Positions 1 through 18,400 are shown, numbered from the stretch's first letter. The stretch is 64,000 nt of DNA from Paragordius varius (GCA_964247055.1 OZ176050.1:5084001-5148000), one strand, 5' to 3'. Numbers and translations are program-made. Notes: a model not told the origin generated them from the sequence alone.

Positions 1-145
1 CCGATTAAAATTTTAAATTTTTAACATTAACACCACAATAATAAAACATCCTTTTGGGGTGTGCATATATGAGAATTTTTGTTAACTCCGTTTTTAACTC
101 TTTTTTTAAATTTATATTATTAATTAAAATCCTTGTATCTTTTAG

Positions 146-4520
<4,375 letters not shown>

Positions 4521-4679
4521 TCAATGCAAATTTATTTTTCAAAAATTATTGGACTATATGACGCACACATATAAAATATTTTTATACCCCATTTTATATT
4601 TATTTTTAATTATTTAAATAAATTATTTTAGAGTAAAGATCCCACAAATATAACACTTCACGGCCCTTTCATTATACCC

Positions 4680-7600
4680 CAGAGCGATTTGATAGAATAT
4701 CTGAAAAAGTATTTAAGGTATTAGGCAAAATTTAAATATATGCTTTCTTTAGCTATTTAGCAGGCATAATACAAATATTTTTTTAACATCTTCATCTCAA
4801 AATTTTGCGCCGCCTTTTTTTTCTTTAAATTTGTTCATATCGGTAATATATTATTTCCCAGTCAAAAAATACGTTTTCACAGCCAATCAAAACATTTTCG
4901 TATTTCATAGTCAATCGAAACGTTTTCCCGGTAAATCGAAACATTTTCCCAGTCAAAACGGTTTTATTTTTGATGATATATATGAAAACAAGATATAAAA
5001 ATAACTTTAAATTATTAAAATCATACAAATAAGGCTATTTATTTTTAAACACAATTATTGAATGAAAATTTTTATACATAATCATTAATGATTTATTCAT
5101 TAAAGGTTATATTTTATTAACTGGATAAGTATATATGGTCTTTGAGATATTTATATAAATCAAACATTTTAAGATAATTTTTATAATCTTTTTCATTTTA
5201 ACATTCGAGATCGATGGTTTGCATTAATATTCGAAGCTAACCTATAAATATCTAGAGTTTTGGATGAAATTATAAAATTAAAAAAATGTACCATATGCAT
5301 CTCAATTTGATCCTTAAACATTTCAAATTCATTCCTAAACATTCGAATGCGTTATAATTTATATAAAATATTTAGTTTTTAGTCAAATGTATGTTTTTAT
5401 TTAATATTTTTCGTTCGAAATCAACATTTTTCATCAATTTTTTTAGAAATATTTTTTCCGATAGTGACACGAACCTTGTAATAGAAATTATAGGCTGTTA
5501 GTAATTTTCAGCATTGTTGAATATTAAAAAAGCGTTTTAAATCTTAAAACATTATACGTTTCCATCATGCCTCAAAATAGTATGAAGTGCGCTTCAACAA
5601 AATTTTGGTAAAATCGAATTTTGAAACCAATATGCATTTTAAAAATATTTTTAGGTGGCAAAATTTAGCAATCAAATATTTTGTCGTGTCTTGGTAGCGT
5701 TTATTTCAACAGTAGCTCAGTAGATGGCCGAAAATTTGGTTTCGAAGACATCTAAAAATTAAAATTTTATTAAAATAATGTTTTGCTTTTTATATGTAGT
5801 TAAATTATGTTTCAATGATAACTTTTTCCCCCAAAAAATTTATTTGAGAGAATGTGCAAAATTTTGTCATTTTCCGATGTGGGGCAGCTACTACAAAAGT
5901 GTAAATAACTTTCTTTAATTACTAGTAAGGGCCAAACAAAAATGACCATAATAATCCTGATAGAATTTCCTATCGGACAGTATATCAGTATGGTTTTTTG
6001 GGGACACTGTATTTTGAGATTTTATAGAAATTGGTCAATTGTTTAGACCAATTTATTTGCGTCGACTTATTATGTTAGGGTAGATATGCATTGGTATTGT
6101 GGCACATAGGGAACAGAAATGTTGGAAAATGTTATAAATTATGGCAAAACATCGCCATATGCAGCTAATATTTATCATTTCATGATCTCTTAGAGTGGTT
6201 TTATATCCTAGAGAGATTTGAAATTTGATTTCTCAAATACTCTTTAAGGTATTAGGCCGAATTTCAAAATATGCTTTAATTTAAAGTCGCGTTTTTTTAA
6301 AAAATGTTAAATTCCTCATCTCAAACTTTTCGTCGCCATTTTTTTTCTATATTTTTTTTTAAATCGGTATTACATCAGCCATGTAATTGTATATTACACT
6401 TGGTTAAAAAACGTAATTAAGTATAGTATGCTTTTATACATTTTACCAGCAAAAAAATAATAATTTTATTTTAAAATCAGATGTTTGTTTCAATCGTGTT
6501 TTAACACTTAATTATTTTTTCACTTTTTGTCCAAGTTTACTGGGGGAAGACCCCAAAGCTCAATCTTGTATATAATACAGAAAAACATTTTAGTTAATTT
6601 TATTATACAACATTTTTCTAATGTATTAGATAAAAAATCTAAAATTTTTTGCAGCTTTCCTCAGTCTAAAATGGGGCACCAAAACATAATCAAACGAACA
6701 GCTGATAATCAAAATATATCAAGTTTTTGCTAGTAAAATGTAGCCTGAAAGCTTATTACAGATAATTATTTATGTTTTTTAACCATTATACAAATACCTG
6801 TTGCATTAGCTATTCAAAAAAAATTTAGAAAAAATTGGCAGCCAAAAAGTTTGAGATGAGAATTTATACAATTTTCCAATTTTTTTAGAAAAAATTTTGT
6901 ATAATCCGCTTAAAGACTAAAAAATGCATTTTTTATATTCGTAAATTCTTTTTAAAATATTTAAATTTCAAATCGCTTTGGGCTAAGAAACTACCTCAAT
7001 TTTAAAACTACCATTAGACTCTAAAAGTTATAAAACAAAATATTAGTTAATGCATAACAATGTTAGATGAATAAATATTAATTGAAATAACTTTTCACCT
7101 CATGTAGGCTAATAGCCCTTTCACTCATTGCTTCCGCAAAAAAGGCTTCTTAATTTAAAATTGCAAAATAAATTTACATTATTTTGGTAAAAATTTGATC
7201 AAGGATAAAATACTTTTTTCATTTATATTTCAGTTAAATCCTAGATTTAACTTAATGAGCTCACAATTAATTAAGACCAACATCATTTGATATGCCACAC
7301 CAAAAAATCTGGTGTAAAAAATAGGCAATTTTTTTTAATTTTACTGCGTCAAGGTTCAAGTGGTATGTTATTTTAAGCCATAAAAATTTTATAGTCTCAA
7401 ATATCAGCATTGCGGGATTCCTCTTAGAAGCATCCTTTTAAAACAAAGTTATTTTAAAACATCAGTCTCCTCAGAATGGTTTATAATACCTATCAAACAA
7501 TTATATAGGCATATGTAATTTTTTTTCATAATTTAAATAGGTATTGTAATTTTTTATTATATTTTTAACACTCCATTACACTTTGGGGTAGAGCCTAGAG

Positions 7601-7745
7601 CGCTTTGAAATTTGAACATCTGCGAAAGTAATTAAGCCAAATTTAAAAATTAGCTTCTTTAGTCGTTTAGGCAGTTAAAAATTATTTTAGAAATATGTAA
7701 AAAAAATTACCCTCATCTTAAATTTTTTCCCGCCCCTAAATTTTT
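4680..7745. repeat. Cluster of four diverged copies of a dispersed non-coding repeat
   Basis: A shared scaffold (aggtattaggc..aattt..aatatgc...ctcatctcaaa.tttt) occurs at ~4680-4830, ~6190-6360 and ~7590-7745 on +, and at ~6830-7010 on -. Confidence 0.6.
4855..4965. repeat. Degenerate ~21-bp minisatellite
   Basis: About five imperfect copies of ttttccc(a/g)gt(c/a)aatcgaaac(a/g), with no unique spacers between them. Confidence 0.6.
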
Positions 7746-8265
7746 TAAAATCGCTAATGAAACAGGTAAATAAATGTATATTATGGTTAGAAAATGTTAA
7801 TTAACTTTTAAGCTAAATTTTACCAGCAAAAACTTGATATATTTTAATTTTAATATAGGCTGTTCAGTTGAATCTTGTTTTTGAGGTGTTCTAATTTAGG
7901 GTCTAGAAGTCACAAATATGCAAAAAATATAAGCTCTTTTATCTAATAAATGAGAACCGTTAATAATTAAATTTGAAATAAAATTACTTAAACTGTTTAT
8001 TTACAAAATTGAACTCTAATATATAAAATCACCACAAAAGGGAAACTAGGAATCGTCTGTGTTAATAATCCCAAAAGGTAATAGAATGTATAATTAATCT
8101 CTGAAAATATTTCTTTATAATTTAGATATCGTAGAACTTTATTATATATTTATTCAAAAATATAGTATTTATAGATGCTAAAATTAGCTATTAACGAATT
8201 ATTTTGATAAAATTAAAGCATATAATGATATAAAACAGAACAAAAATGTCAATGTGCGGTTTAAC

Positions 8266-8730
8266 ATGGATCATCGAAACGAAGGGAAATTTTGCAGGGC
8301 TTGTCAAGATTTTAAAAATTGGACAAAATCTTTTGTTAATCCTCAGCCTCAACCTGAATCACATAATAAAGAATGTCCTTTAGATGTATCTGAGTTAGGT
8401 CGTTCAGCATGGAACGTTTTACATTCGATTGCTGCTTATTACCCAGAAAAGCCTACTATCGAACAACAAAAAGAAATAAAAATATTTTTTGATTATTTTT
8501 CAAAATTTTATCCGTGTAATACATGCGCAAAAGATTTTCAGGAGAGGTAAAAACGTTATATATTTAGATTGCTTAAAACTCCGCCAGATACTGGTTCAAA
8601 TTATGATTTATCTCTATGGTTGTGCAATATTCATAATCAAATAAGTGAAAGATTGGGTAAACCCAAATATGATTGTACAAAAGTTTTAGAACGTTGGAAA
8701 GATGGGTGGAAGGATGGTTCATGTGATTAA
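8266..8730 (+). CDS. GFER: FAD-linked sulfhydryl oxidase ERV1/ALR
   Basis: Exons 8266-8546 and 8568-8730 flank a 21-nt intron. The product has the CRAC shuttle motif, CPLDVSELGRSAW, the redox motif YPCNTC, WLCNIHN and the C-terminal RWKDGWKDGSCD. Confidence 0.96.
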
Positions 8731-8746
8731 TTTATATTCAATAAAT

Positions 8747-9369
8747 TTACACATTTGTATCATACATTTTTATTGACTTTATTATCATTTCTCTAATCTT
8801 ATATGAGTATATACCTGGCATAAGGAATATAAGAAATCGAGTACCAAATTAAAGCACCAAACTCTATAAAGCAACAAACGATAACTATCGGTTTAAAAAA
8901 CCCCTAAATTAAAATTTAATTTTGAAAAATTACCGTAAAAGCTGTTAATATTGTCAACAGTGCAAAAATCTAGTTACAAAATTATGATACCAAAAATATG
9001 AATGTTGCATCGATTCTGGTTTCATCGAACATGCTTTTTAATTGCGTTTTAAATCCAACCAGAAATCCAATACTTAGTATTGACAAAGCATTTCCAATAG
9101 TTATTAGCAGTGAAAATATTACAATTGCTCCAATCCAAAGAAAAAAACAACCCTGGCTATATTATTTATACATTACCAAAATGGCAATAGTTAATCCAAC
9201 AGCAAATGTTATAAGGAACAATTTTATTTTCTTTGGCCACGACATACCTGATCGTGTCTCTTCCTATATCGTATTATTTTGTAATTAAAACCGTTTGCAA
9301 AGTAAAGTCGGTTGGCTGTAAGTTTTCACTTCTGCCAAACAGGATAGTCTTAAACCCTAGCTGTTCCAT
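8747..9369 (-). CDS. SFT2D: Vesicle transport protein SFT2/Got1 family (multi-pass membrane protein)
   Basis: Six exons: 9292-9369, 9177-9263, 8991-9152, 8934-8969, 8815-8903, 8747-8792. Motifs are MSWPKKIK, IGNALSILSIGFLVGFKTQLKSMFDETR and LIWYSISYIPYAR. Absent from the ORF track because all five introns are 21-30 nt. Confidence 0.92.
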
Positions 9370-9405
9370 TAATATTGGTTTTGTGTGTTCTAAATTTTTG
9401 TAAAC

Positions 9406-12400
9406 ATGTGTATACACAAATTGATAATTTTTATAATCGGGCTATTTTCCATTTTATGTCATGGCAAAACTTTTCAAAATGAACTTTTTAAGATAAATTA
9501 CGTGGAACAGGCTAAATTTTTTGATATTTGTATGAAATCCTATATTTGTAAAACGAGCGATTTGGAACGATTCAACTCGTTTATTATAATGGATGCATCC
9601 ACAAAAGTTTATTTATTTAAAATCATTTTAGAATAAGTTTTTTAAATTATATAAATGTGAAATATGGAATATTACCGAAGAATGCCCAAGTAGGTGTGAT
9701 TAATTAATACTATAAGTTTTGTTAGCATGTATCAGTTAAAAATGTGGATTAAACAGTGCCCTTAGTAAACCCTTTGAAATGACGACTTTGATTCAAAATT
9801 AGGGACTGTGTAATTAAACCTGTTCTTAGTGCGCACACATAAAAATTTGCATAAAGCCAATTCCTGCTACCTTCCTGTGGTATTGGCGGTTAATTAACAG
9901 CAGAGGCCATTTAGTTTTAAAATAATATATTCTGCAAAGAGTTTTTTTCACAAGGGCATATGGAAAGTAATAATAGTTTCTATACAACATTTATTCGTAC
10001 CAGCTACATTCCGATTTTGAAATTTCAAAACTGCCGCATATACATTGCTGAGGGTAAAATAAAAAAACATTCTGCAGAAAAAATTCCCCCAAAGGTTTTA
10101 CATTTAATTATATATTAATAGGCAAAAACAGCTATTTGAACCTTATAAATGCTTGAAATCCATTTTTTAATTTGGATATTATCTATCGGAAAAAACGTAT
10201 GGGTTTTTATAAATATAGTCAAAATATTTAAACTAAATTTGCTTTAGGGGTTTATTGTTTGAATTAAACTGATTTGAAAGGCATATATATGCATTTTAAT
10301 TAAATAAGTATTATTAATTAATTTAAGAATTAGTGATCCCAGTCAGATATAAGCTATAATTTATATGGGTCCAGCCAATGGTACAAAAAATGAAGGGTCG
10401 AATAATTTCTCAGCCGTGATTATAAAATATCGACAAATATTGCATAAGTGTTTGATACATATGCAGAGATTTATACTCTAAATAAGTATTCGGAGCCATA
10501 AAAAACACTAGGCAAGTGGCCTGTAGTACGCGGTTTGATTCAATGGTGCAGATATTTATCTCAATTAGATCTTACGCAAAAATTAATAACCTTGTTAACT
10601 GGAGAAGTATGTATGGTATTTTACGCTACAAAACTTGATTTGCAACGGCTTAACATACACGTTGATATTTATAATTAAAAGTTCACCTTATACTGAGTAA
10701 AGAAGATCATATATACCTTTTTTCCAATAAAAATCCTCCAATAAATACAAAACATTCCATTGAGAGTCAGCACTCTTCCAATCATAGTCAACACAAATGC
10801 AATTTTCCATTCAAACCTAACACTTTAAATCATACTCGACACTTTTCCGATCGAATTCATGATTTTTCCAATCGAACTTATAACATTTTCACTCAAACTC
10901 CTGTTTTAAATAAATTATTTCTTGGCATTTTAAAAGTTTAATAAGCATCTATCACTTAGCTCTAATTTCATTTGATTATTTTGGTATACTTTATATATTT
11001 TTGGCCAAAATATTTATTCTAAATGCTTTAAAAGTATAATTATTTAATTAAAAAGCTTTTCTAATCCGAATTTTAACATTTATCTAATTTAGGAAATTAA
11101 ATATCAATAAAATCATAAATGCTCATCGAACTCTTAATAAATTAGGTAATTAAAAATAAGTGTAAAGTTTAAAATAAATATCTATATTAGACAATTATAA
11201 AATTAGTTTATGCCTAAGAAACAACGCACAATAATTGTTAGGAAAGAGGTGGTTTAAATGGCATTTTGTTGATATAAAAAATAATTGAAATATTTAAACA
11301 ATTTTCGTTCTACCCGCCATATAAATTCACCGAAAGATCCTGGCCAAATTACGAAAAATTTACCCCAATCGTGGAAATATTTTTTACAATTACTATAAAA
11401 CCGTGACGTTCCGCCGGGTTGGTGCTTATTTAATAATGGAGTTTTATAACATTGATATCAGATATCCAAAAATAAATTAAGATCTTTAAAATTTACTTTT
11501 TTGAAAATAGAGCCAAACTACGAGTGTTTTGCGCCATCAAAAATAATAATGTGGTTTTATTTAGACTTAAGTCAGTGTACTTATTGATAATCACTTACTT
11601 TATTTGATTAAGAATTAAATTTAATTTAATTGCTGTCCCATTGGTTTTTTTTATTATTAAAAAAGTTTTAAAATTTATCTCATCAATTAAATTTCTTTTA
11701 CGCCTTTCAACTATTGAATCGACTTTTATATTATCTTTTGCTTAGTAAATGGTCAATGGGCCCCATGGCAAGATTGGTCACCATGTAATGTGGATTGCGG
11801 TAAGGGAAGCAGAATTAGAATACGGGAATGTGAGAATCCCAGACCGCACAATTATGGTTTGGATTGTCAAGGTGAAAGTTTCCAAGAAACAACGTGTTGG
11901 ATAAAATGTCAAAATTTAACGAAAATCAGAACATCATGGCAATATTTAAGTATGGAACAAATTCAACTTTGGAATAGTTTGACCAGCGTTATAACGCCCT
12001 TAAAGAATTGTTTATCATTAACAAATCTCTGCACTTTTGATGATGTGATGCAATTACTCGAAGGTCAAGATAGGAAAATTCTATTACAAATTTGGTCAAT
12101 ATTGAATTGTTTAACCAACTCTCAAGGGTGTTTGGGTAATTTTTTTTTCTAAATTTCCAAAACTAAAATTCATTTCCCTACAAAAATCAAAATGTTTTCC
12201 AGCTAAATACGTTTTTAATCAGTAACATTTTAAGAGAAACTAAGTTTCCACAATTTATTAAGATTATGAATGATAAAAAGCGATTGTACAAACTACCGTT
12301 CTAAATCTTAGGAGCACCTAATTGGGAATCATGGTCACAGTGGACAAGCTGTACAACATTGTGTGGGCGAGGAAAGAGTTTTCGATATCGAACTTGTACT

Positions 12401-15400
12401 AATGATTATGGGGCCACCAATATTTGCCAAGGCTCATATCTTGAAGAAAAGGAATGCATAAATGAGGATTGTTTCACCACAGATCCCAAAAGTAAATATT
12501 TCTATATTTCAATTTCCTTTAAACATTTATTACTGTTAATCTTTTGTCCAAATTAATTTAAACTATATTTAAATTTTATGTATCATAAAGTTCAAACATA
12601 CATTAGTCCATGGACACCTTGGTCCAAATGCTCTGTAAGGTGTGGAAGCTATGGCCATCAAATATCACAAAGGAGATGTTTGTATCGTGATGAAGATCAT
12701 GAAAATGTTTTGGGAAAAGAACGCTCGCCCTGTATTCAAAGTGATGAAGGCACCTTATATGAACAAATTATTCGAAAACCTTGTTACAATGGTCCTTGTC
12801 ATGGTAAAGATTTGGCAAAATATTTAATTATTTTTTGGATAAACACTTTTTATATGAAATTTTTCGCAAAATTTATTGGGCTTGGAATTTACATTATTAA
12901 TTTATATAGATATAAATTTGCCTAAATTCAATATTTTTTGATACAGTAACTGGACATTGGGGACCATGGTTGTTAACTTCAAAACTTAACGATGTTTGCG
13001 ATACTGTTTGTGATAATCAAAATTTGTTTATTGCAAAATATCGTATATGTTTGCAATCAAATAATTCTCAACATTCAAGGGACATTGCTAGATGCAATAA
13101 TTCATATGTGAGCCTCGTTCAAGAGCAATGTAATAATGTTGGTGAAAACAAATTTTGTCATGTGTCCTTTGTTTTTTCGGCGTGGTCCCCTTGGACCAAT
13201 TGCAACAATGATACCGAATGCCCTTCCAATTTTACATTTAATATCAGCAAAACTGTTGATGATTCAACCTATCGCAAAACATATACCCGTTTTCGTAATC
13301 GTGATTGTTTGACACCCAAAGAGGAGTGTGATCGCTCCAAGCATTTGATTGAATTGTATCAATTCGAAACATGTGGTAACATTAATTTATGTGCCAAAAA
13401 CGAACTATACAACGAAAAAGCACCGTTTGTGGAAGAAATGAATGGAATTCAAAGCTTCCCGACTTCACAAAATTACACACAGGTACGGTTAAAATTAAAT
13501 TATACAGACAAAATGTATAAACAAAAGGACAATTTTTTTTAAAGCTATACCAACTTGATTATAATCAAAAATAACTCATTGCTTTAAACTGCAAAGTATG
13601 AAATATAGATGTGTGGTAACTAATTAATTATATATTACAATTGTAATTAAATATGTAAAAAAACAAGGTTTGAAAAGTGTTGTTGTTTTTTTTAAAAAAA
13701 AATATTTGTACTTTTTACGTTTTTACTGCATAATTTTAGTTTACAGTAATATTTGTTTCCAATTTACTTTTATTGTGGATTAAATTGCTTATTATTAAAT
13801 ATAGTGGACCTTATGGAGTTTGTGCTCCAAAGATTGTGGGATCGGTGAACAAAAAAGATATCGATATCAGCTAGATGTCTCAAATTACCAAAGCAGGTCC
13901 AAAGGCCAAATTATTCAAACACGGCTTTGTAATGTCCATCCGTGCCCAAGTTAATATTATTAAAAAAATTCAATAATATATTTAGGGAGATTAATTTGCA
14001 TTTTTAATGTTGATCATACAAATAGTTAAAACGAAACTATTAGTGGAAAAGAGTTGAAAAACTTATAAATTTTTGAAGTTTGTTTGTAGTTTTAAATATA
14101 GTATGGCACAATAAAGTTGGTCAATTTACATTATGTTAGCTCATTGGTAACCAGTAGCGTATGATATAAATTATCTTAATTACATAAAATTACATGTTGT
14201 AAAGTAAAAAAATGTAATTTCAATCATTTGTTGTTTTTACACATATGCTACTGTATTGCCGAATGGTCAAAAATAATGTGAATTGACCTACATTAGGCAT
14301 ACTGTATATCAAGGGTATCCAATATGCGACCCGTGAAATATTTGGAAATTCATAATTTGCAAAAATATGCTTAAATTCTTAATTAAAAAAATATTTCTTA
14401 AACAATTTTTCTAAATTAATGTATCCAATAGGCAGAAACTAGAAAAAAATTGCTATATTGTGTTTGCATTTTTATGTTTGAAATCTATTAAATTATTCAT
14501 TAATACCCATTATTTCGAATGCGGCCAACGAAGTGTTGGACACCCCAGCTGTATATATTAACCCAAATAAATTTGACAAAGCATCTTTTTATATAATATA
14601 TTTATTTATTAACAATTGTTAAATCCGTGAAATAATGATATAAAAGAAATTTAAAGTATGGTTAGAAAATTAAATTCTAGTGTTAATTTTCAGTTTATCA
14701 TATTTTTAGTTTATTTTCGCAAGTGTCAATGCTTAATTTAATATTTGTAATACCGACTGATTTATACCAAAATTGAAAAGTTGGATGTATATACCGAATT
14801 GATATGTGAAAGCCCCGAGTCAAAAAGTTGTGTTGTACTGATGAGTTGCTAATAAGCACAAAACTACGATAACTCATGACGAAGGGCTTCCCATATCATT
14901 TAGTGTTTTCAGTTAAATATAATTTTTATTTAACAATTGTTAATAAGAAACATTATCAGCACAATATTTATTTATATTTAGTCGATGGTAACTACAGTAT
15001 GTGGGATCAATGGACACCATGTTTTTCGAATTGTTTCACGGTTTCCTATAGATATAGATTTCGAAAATGCGACAATCCTTACCCAAAATTTGGTGGAACT
15101 TGTATTGGAAACGATATGGAAAAACAACCATGTCCCCTATTGAATAAAAATTGTCACCAATCAATAAATAGTATATCGATATTGTTTATCTTTTTTAATA
15201 TACGCGCCATTCTGAAGGTTAAATAATATGCAGAAATTTTATTTTTTTTAGAGAATATCTTTAAAATTATGAAAACTGAAATTTAATCTCACGTGTATTA
15301 AAAATATTTAAAATATAATAGAATATTAATTCAAGTTATAAACAAAAAATATTTAGATTCAGTCACATCCTGGTCTACTTGGTCTGTATGTTCTAGCACA

Positions 15401-18400
15401 TGTAACAAAACTGGGAAAAGATTTCGGTATCGCGCTTGTGCTTATGACTTGGAAAACTCGAATGATACTCATTCCTGCAAAGAAAATTTATTTGAAGAAC
15501 AATCTTGCGTCGGTCAAAATTGTATAAGTAAAAGCCTTACATTATTTAAAAAAAATAAGTATGATTCTAGACAGGATTGTAAATATGAAGGTGATTAGTA
15601 CCAAATCGTTTTTCTGGTTATGATTCCAAATTAGGCCAAAAATGGTTTCAAACGTAATTATTCAGCTATTTAATTTTCGATTTTTTAGAAAAATTAGAGG
15701 TTATCATAAATTCCAGTTTATTATTTTGATACAATGATAACAAATATTTAGACAAGCTGTAATTTTTTTGGATGCTACTTTTGTTATTACATAAATTGAT
15801 AACACATTTAAAAATTCATTAATGTATCCTATAAAAAAGTGAACGAATTCGAAAAAGGCTAGTACCGGCTCCCTAAAAACGGTTCCGGAGAATGATGGTT
15901 ATTGTTTTCTCTGGTAAATGATAGGTGAAAATTTTAAATTGTTTTTAAAAGACAACCTTGAAATAAATATTCCTCAACAATAGTTGAAACTGGGTGGTCC
16001 AATTGGAATCCATGGACATCATGTAACGTTGAATGTGGATATGGAAATATGACCCGTACCAGAATTTGTAATATGCTGAAGGAAAAAGATGTGTGCCAAC
16101 AAGGATCAGGTAGCGAAACTGTCCCATGTTTTCAATCTCCCTGCTCCATTAAACAATACATTTCTCTTATATATGTAAAATTATGTTTTTTTTAAATCGC
16201 GTTTCCAAATATTTTTATTTTTCATGCAATCTTAAAATAGATATTGTGTTTTTTGCACAATATATATATTAATTATTATAGTAATAATTTATAAATAGCA
16301 TTTTGATGGAATGAGCTATATCATGTTCGATTTAACGCCAAGCACTACAATTCTGTGGTTATCCATCAAATTCAATCCATTTTCCGCAAATAATGTATTA
16401 ATTTATAGGTAATTTTGAGTTTTTAAACACTTGCTAGAAATTTTGATTTAATTACCATATCATTTGCATTCCAACAAGGTATAATCCAGAAACAAATGTA
16501 AAGTTATTGATTATTATTGCCAAAAGCAAAGCAATCACCTTACAATTAAGCCATGGGAACAACCAATGGAATTTCACCTCTCGCAATACAGTTGTTTTGC
16601 ACAAATGGAATGACCTTTTAATTTTCATAAACGCTAAAAGTGTATCGATACGATTAAACAATGTTGAACCTTATAGCAATTTTATGGACCTATCATTGAC
16701 GATTGGTTCCTTCAATCAAATTATGTATGTTGGCCGGCAACCGAATAAAACACACGATTTTAGTGCATTTGGTAAAGGGTTAATTTTTTTCTATATCTTA
16801 ACCACTTCTCTCCAATTATTTGTATACTGTTCTATATATTGGACAAAGCCCATCGGCACAAAAATATTGTGTAAAATAATGTTCTTTAAAATTAAACACT
16901 TACTTTTTTTTAATGAAGAAAATTCGATTTTGTAAAATATTCATAATTTGATAATAATTTGCAAAAATATTATTTCATAAATTAAATTTAATAACCGGTT
17001 TAATATTTTAACTCCTATATTTGTAAAGATTGTCATTCATACTATTTTACTGATAAAATGTATGATCTAAATGTATATTAATGTTAAAATTATACAGTGT
17101 AAACAGTATTGAGTGTTCTGGTAAATATTACCCCTATAAAATTTATACCACATATATTGTTTTATAACGCTTCGGTTTATTATAAAACAGTTTTTAATTT
17201 TAGGATATCACGGACATATTCAAAGCATCTATGTAAATTTTAAGCCGTATCATTTGGAAATACCACATACAAATAAAAATAAACGCTTGTTTAATAATGC
17301 TTCAATGTTTCCAACCAAATTACATCGGGTTACTCCTTTAATTAATGAAGGTTGTATATCTTTTTTCTATCATAATCAAGATTTGGTGAAATTTGTTTAA
17401 TAATTTTAGTAAGTAATATATTGTCCTCTAGATTACGATTGGCAATATTTAACATTGAATGGACAACAACATACTACTATAACAACGAATTACACTGGAA
17501 TAGTTTATATAGATTTAATCTTTTATCCCCAAACAATTATCACAAAATCCCTATTGTTATACAATGAAGGAGAGTTTTCGGGTAAAATATTTGTAAATAT
17601 ATGCCAAATTTTAAGGCTTTTATATTCAATATAGGAAATTTTATTATTTATTTATTGTTTTTTAAAAATCGATATACTCATAATGCTAAAAGTTTTACAG
17701 AAACTCAATGAAATTTCAAAAATTTACCAACTTATTTTAATTCTCTTTTGAAAGGTTCATTCATGGCTTTATTTTTGGATGAAATTGGTTACCTAAAATT
17801 TTGCATCTCAAACGGCGACGATACCAATGAAATGATTGTATGCGCAAAATCTACCGATGCAATCACTCCACAAAAATGGTATGTTGTGAATGCGTCGGTT
17901 TCAGCGAATTCATTTTCATTTGCCTTGAATCATGGTTTAACTATTAAAGTATATATATATATATTAATAGCAAATAAGATTTTATTAATAAAAGAGAGTA
18001 AAACGTTAATATTTAGGAAACTTCCCCCGGTGACCCGTATAAACCCCAAGAAACTTATTTTATTTTTGGGATACCAAAAGTAAAGAGAAGTATCCTGAAA
18101 ATGTTGCTTAATATAACAACGGGCTATTCTGGCTATATTTATTCGATGGCGATTGATCATATTGAACTTGATTTAACCCGTATAGCATTGTACAATGATG
18201 ATGAATGCCTAGATATACATACTATATCATTATCAGGTTTAGCTAAAACTTGTTAAATAAATGATTGGTGGATTTAAAAAAGTCCTTTTTTTAAATTAAA
18301 CGCTATTACCTAGTCAAAATTTTGATGGAAGTCAAAATGTATAATTTTTTATTAAAATATACACAATCAATTAACTATATTTAAACAAATATTATATTGT

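Noticed and set aside
4855-4965. Regularly spaced ~21-bp repeats resembling a CRISPR array
   Set aside because: The units are degenerate and contiguous with no unique spacers, no cas genes are present, and the context is eukaryotic.
8547-8567. Stop-codon readthrough or a ciliate-type genetic code as an alternative to the micro-introns
   Set aside because: Several micro-introns are not multiples of 3, readthrough would insert residues absent from homologues, and TAA, TAG and TGA all end genes at the expected positions.
9761-11750. Direct repeat cttagtaaa at 9761 and 11741 as a possible TSD or excision boundary, and a 23-nt intron at 9693-9715
   Set aside because: Neither join gives an open frame into the TSP1 exon. 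The donor at 9690 gives the canonical CPINGQW linker, so the repeat is treated as chance.
17998-18016. Apparent 19-nt intron (gtaaaacgttaatatttag), with a 22-nt candidate at 17949-17970
   Set aside because: The 27-nt exon between them has an in-frame stop. A single 68-nt intron at 17949-18016 restores the LamG frame.
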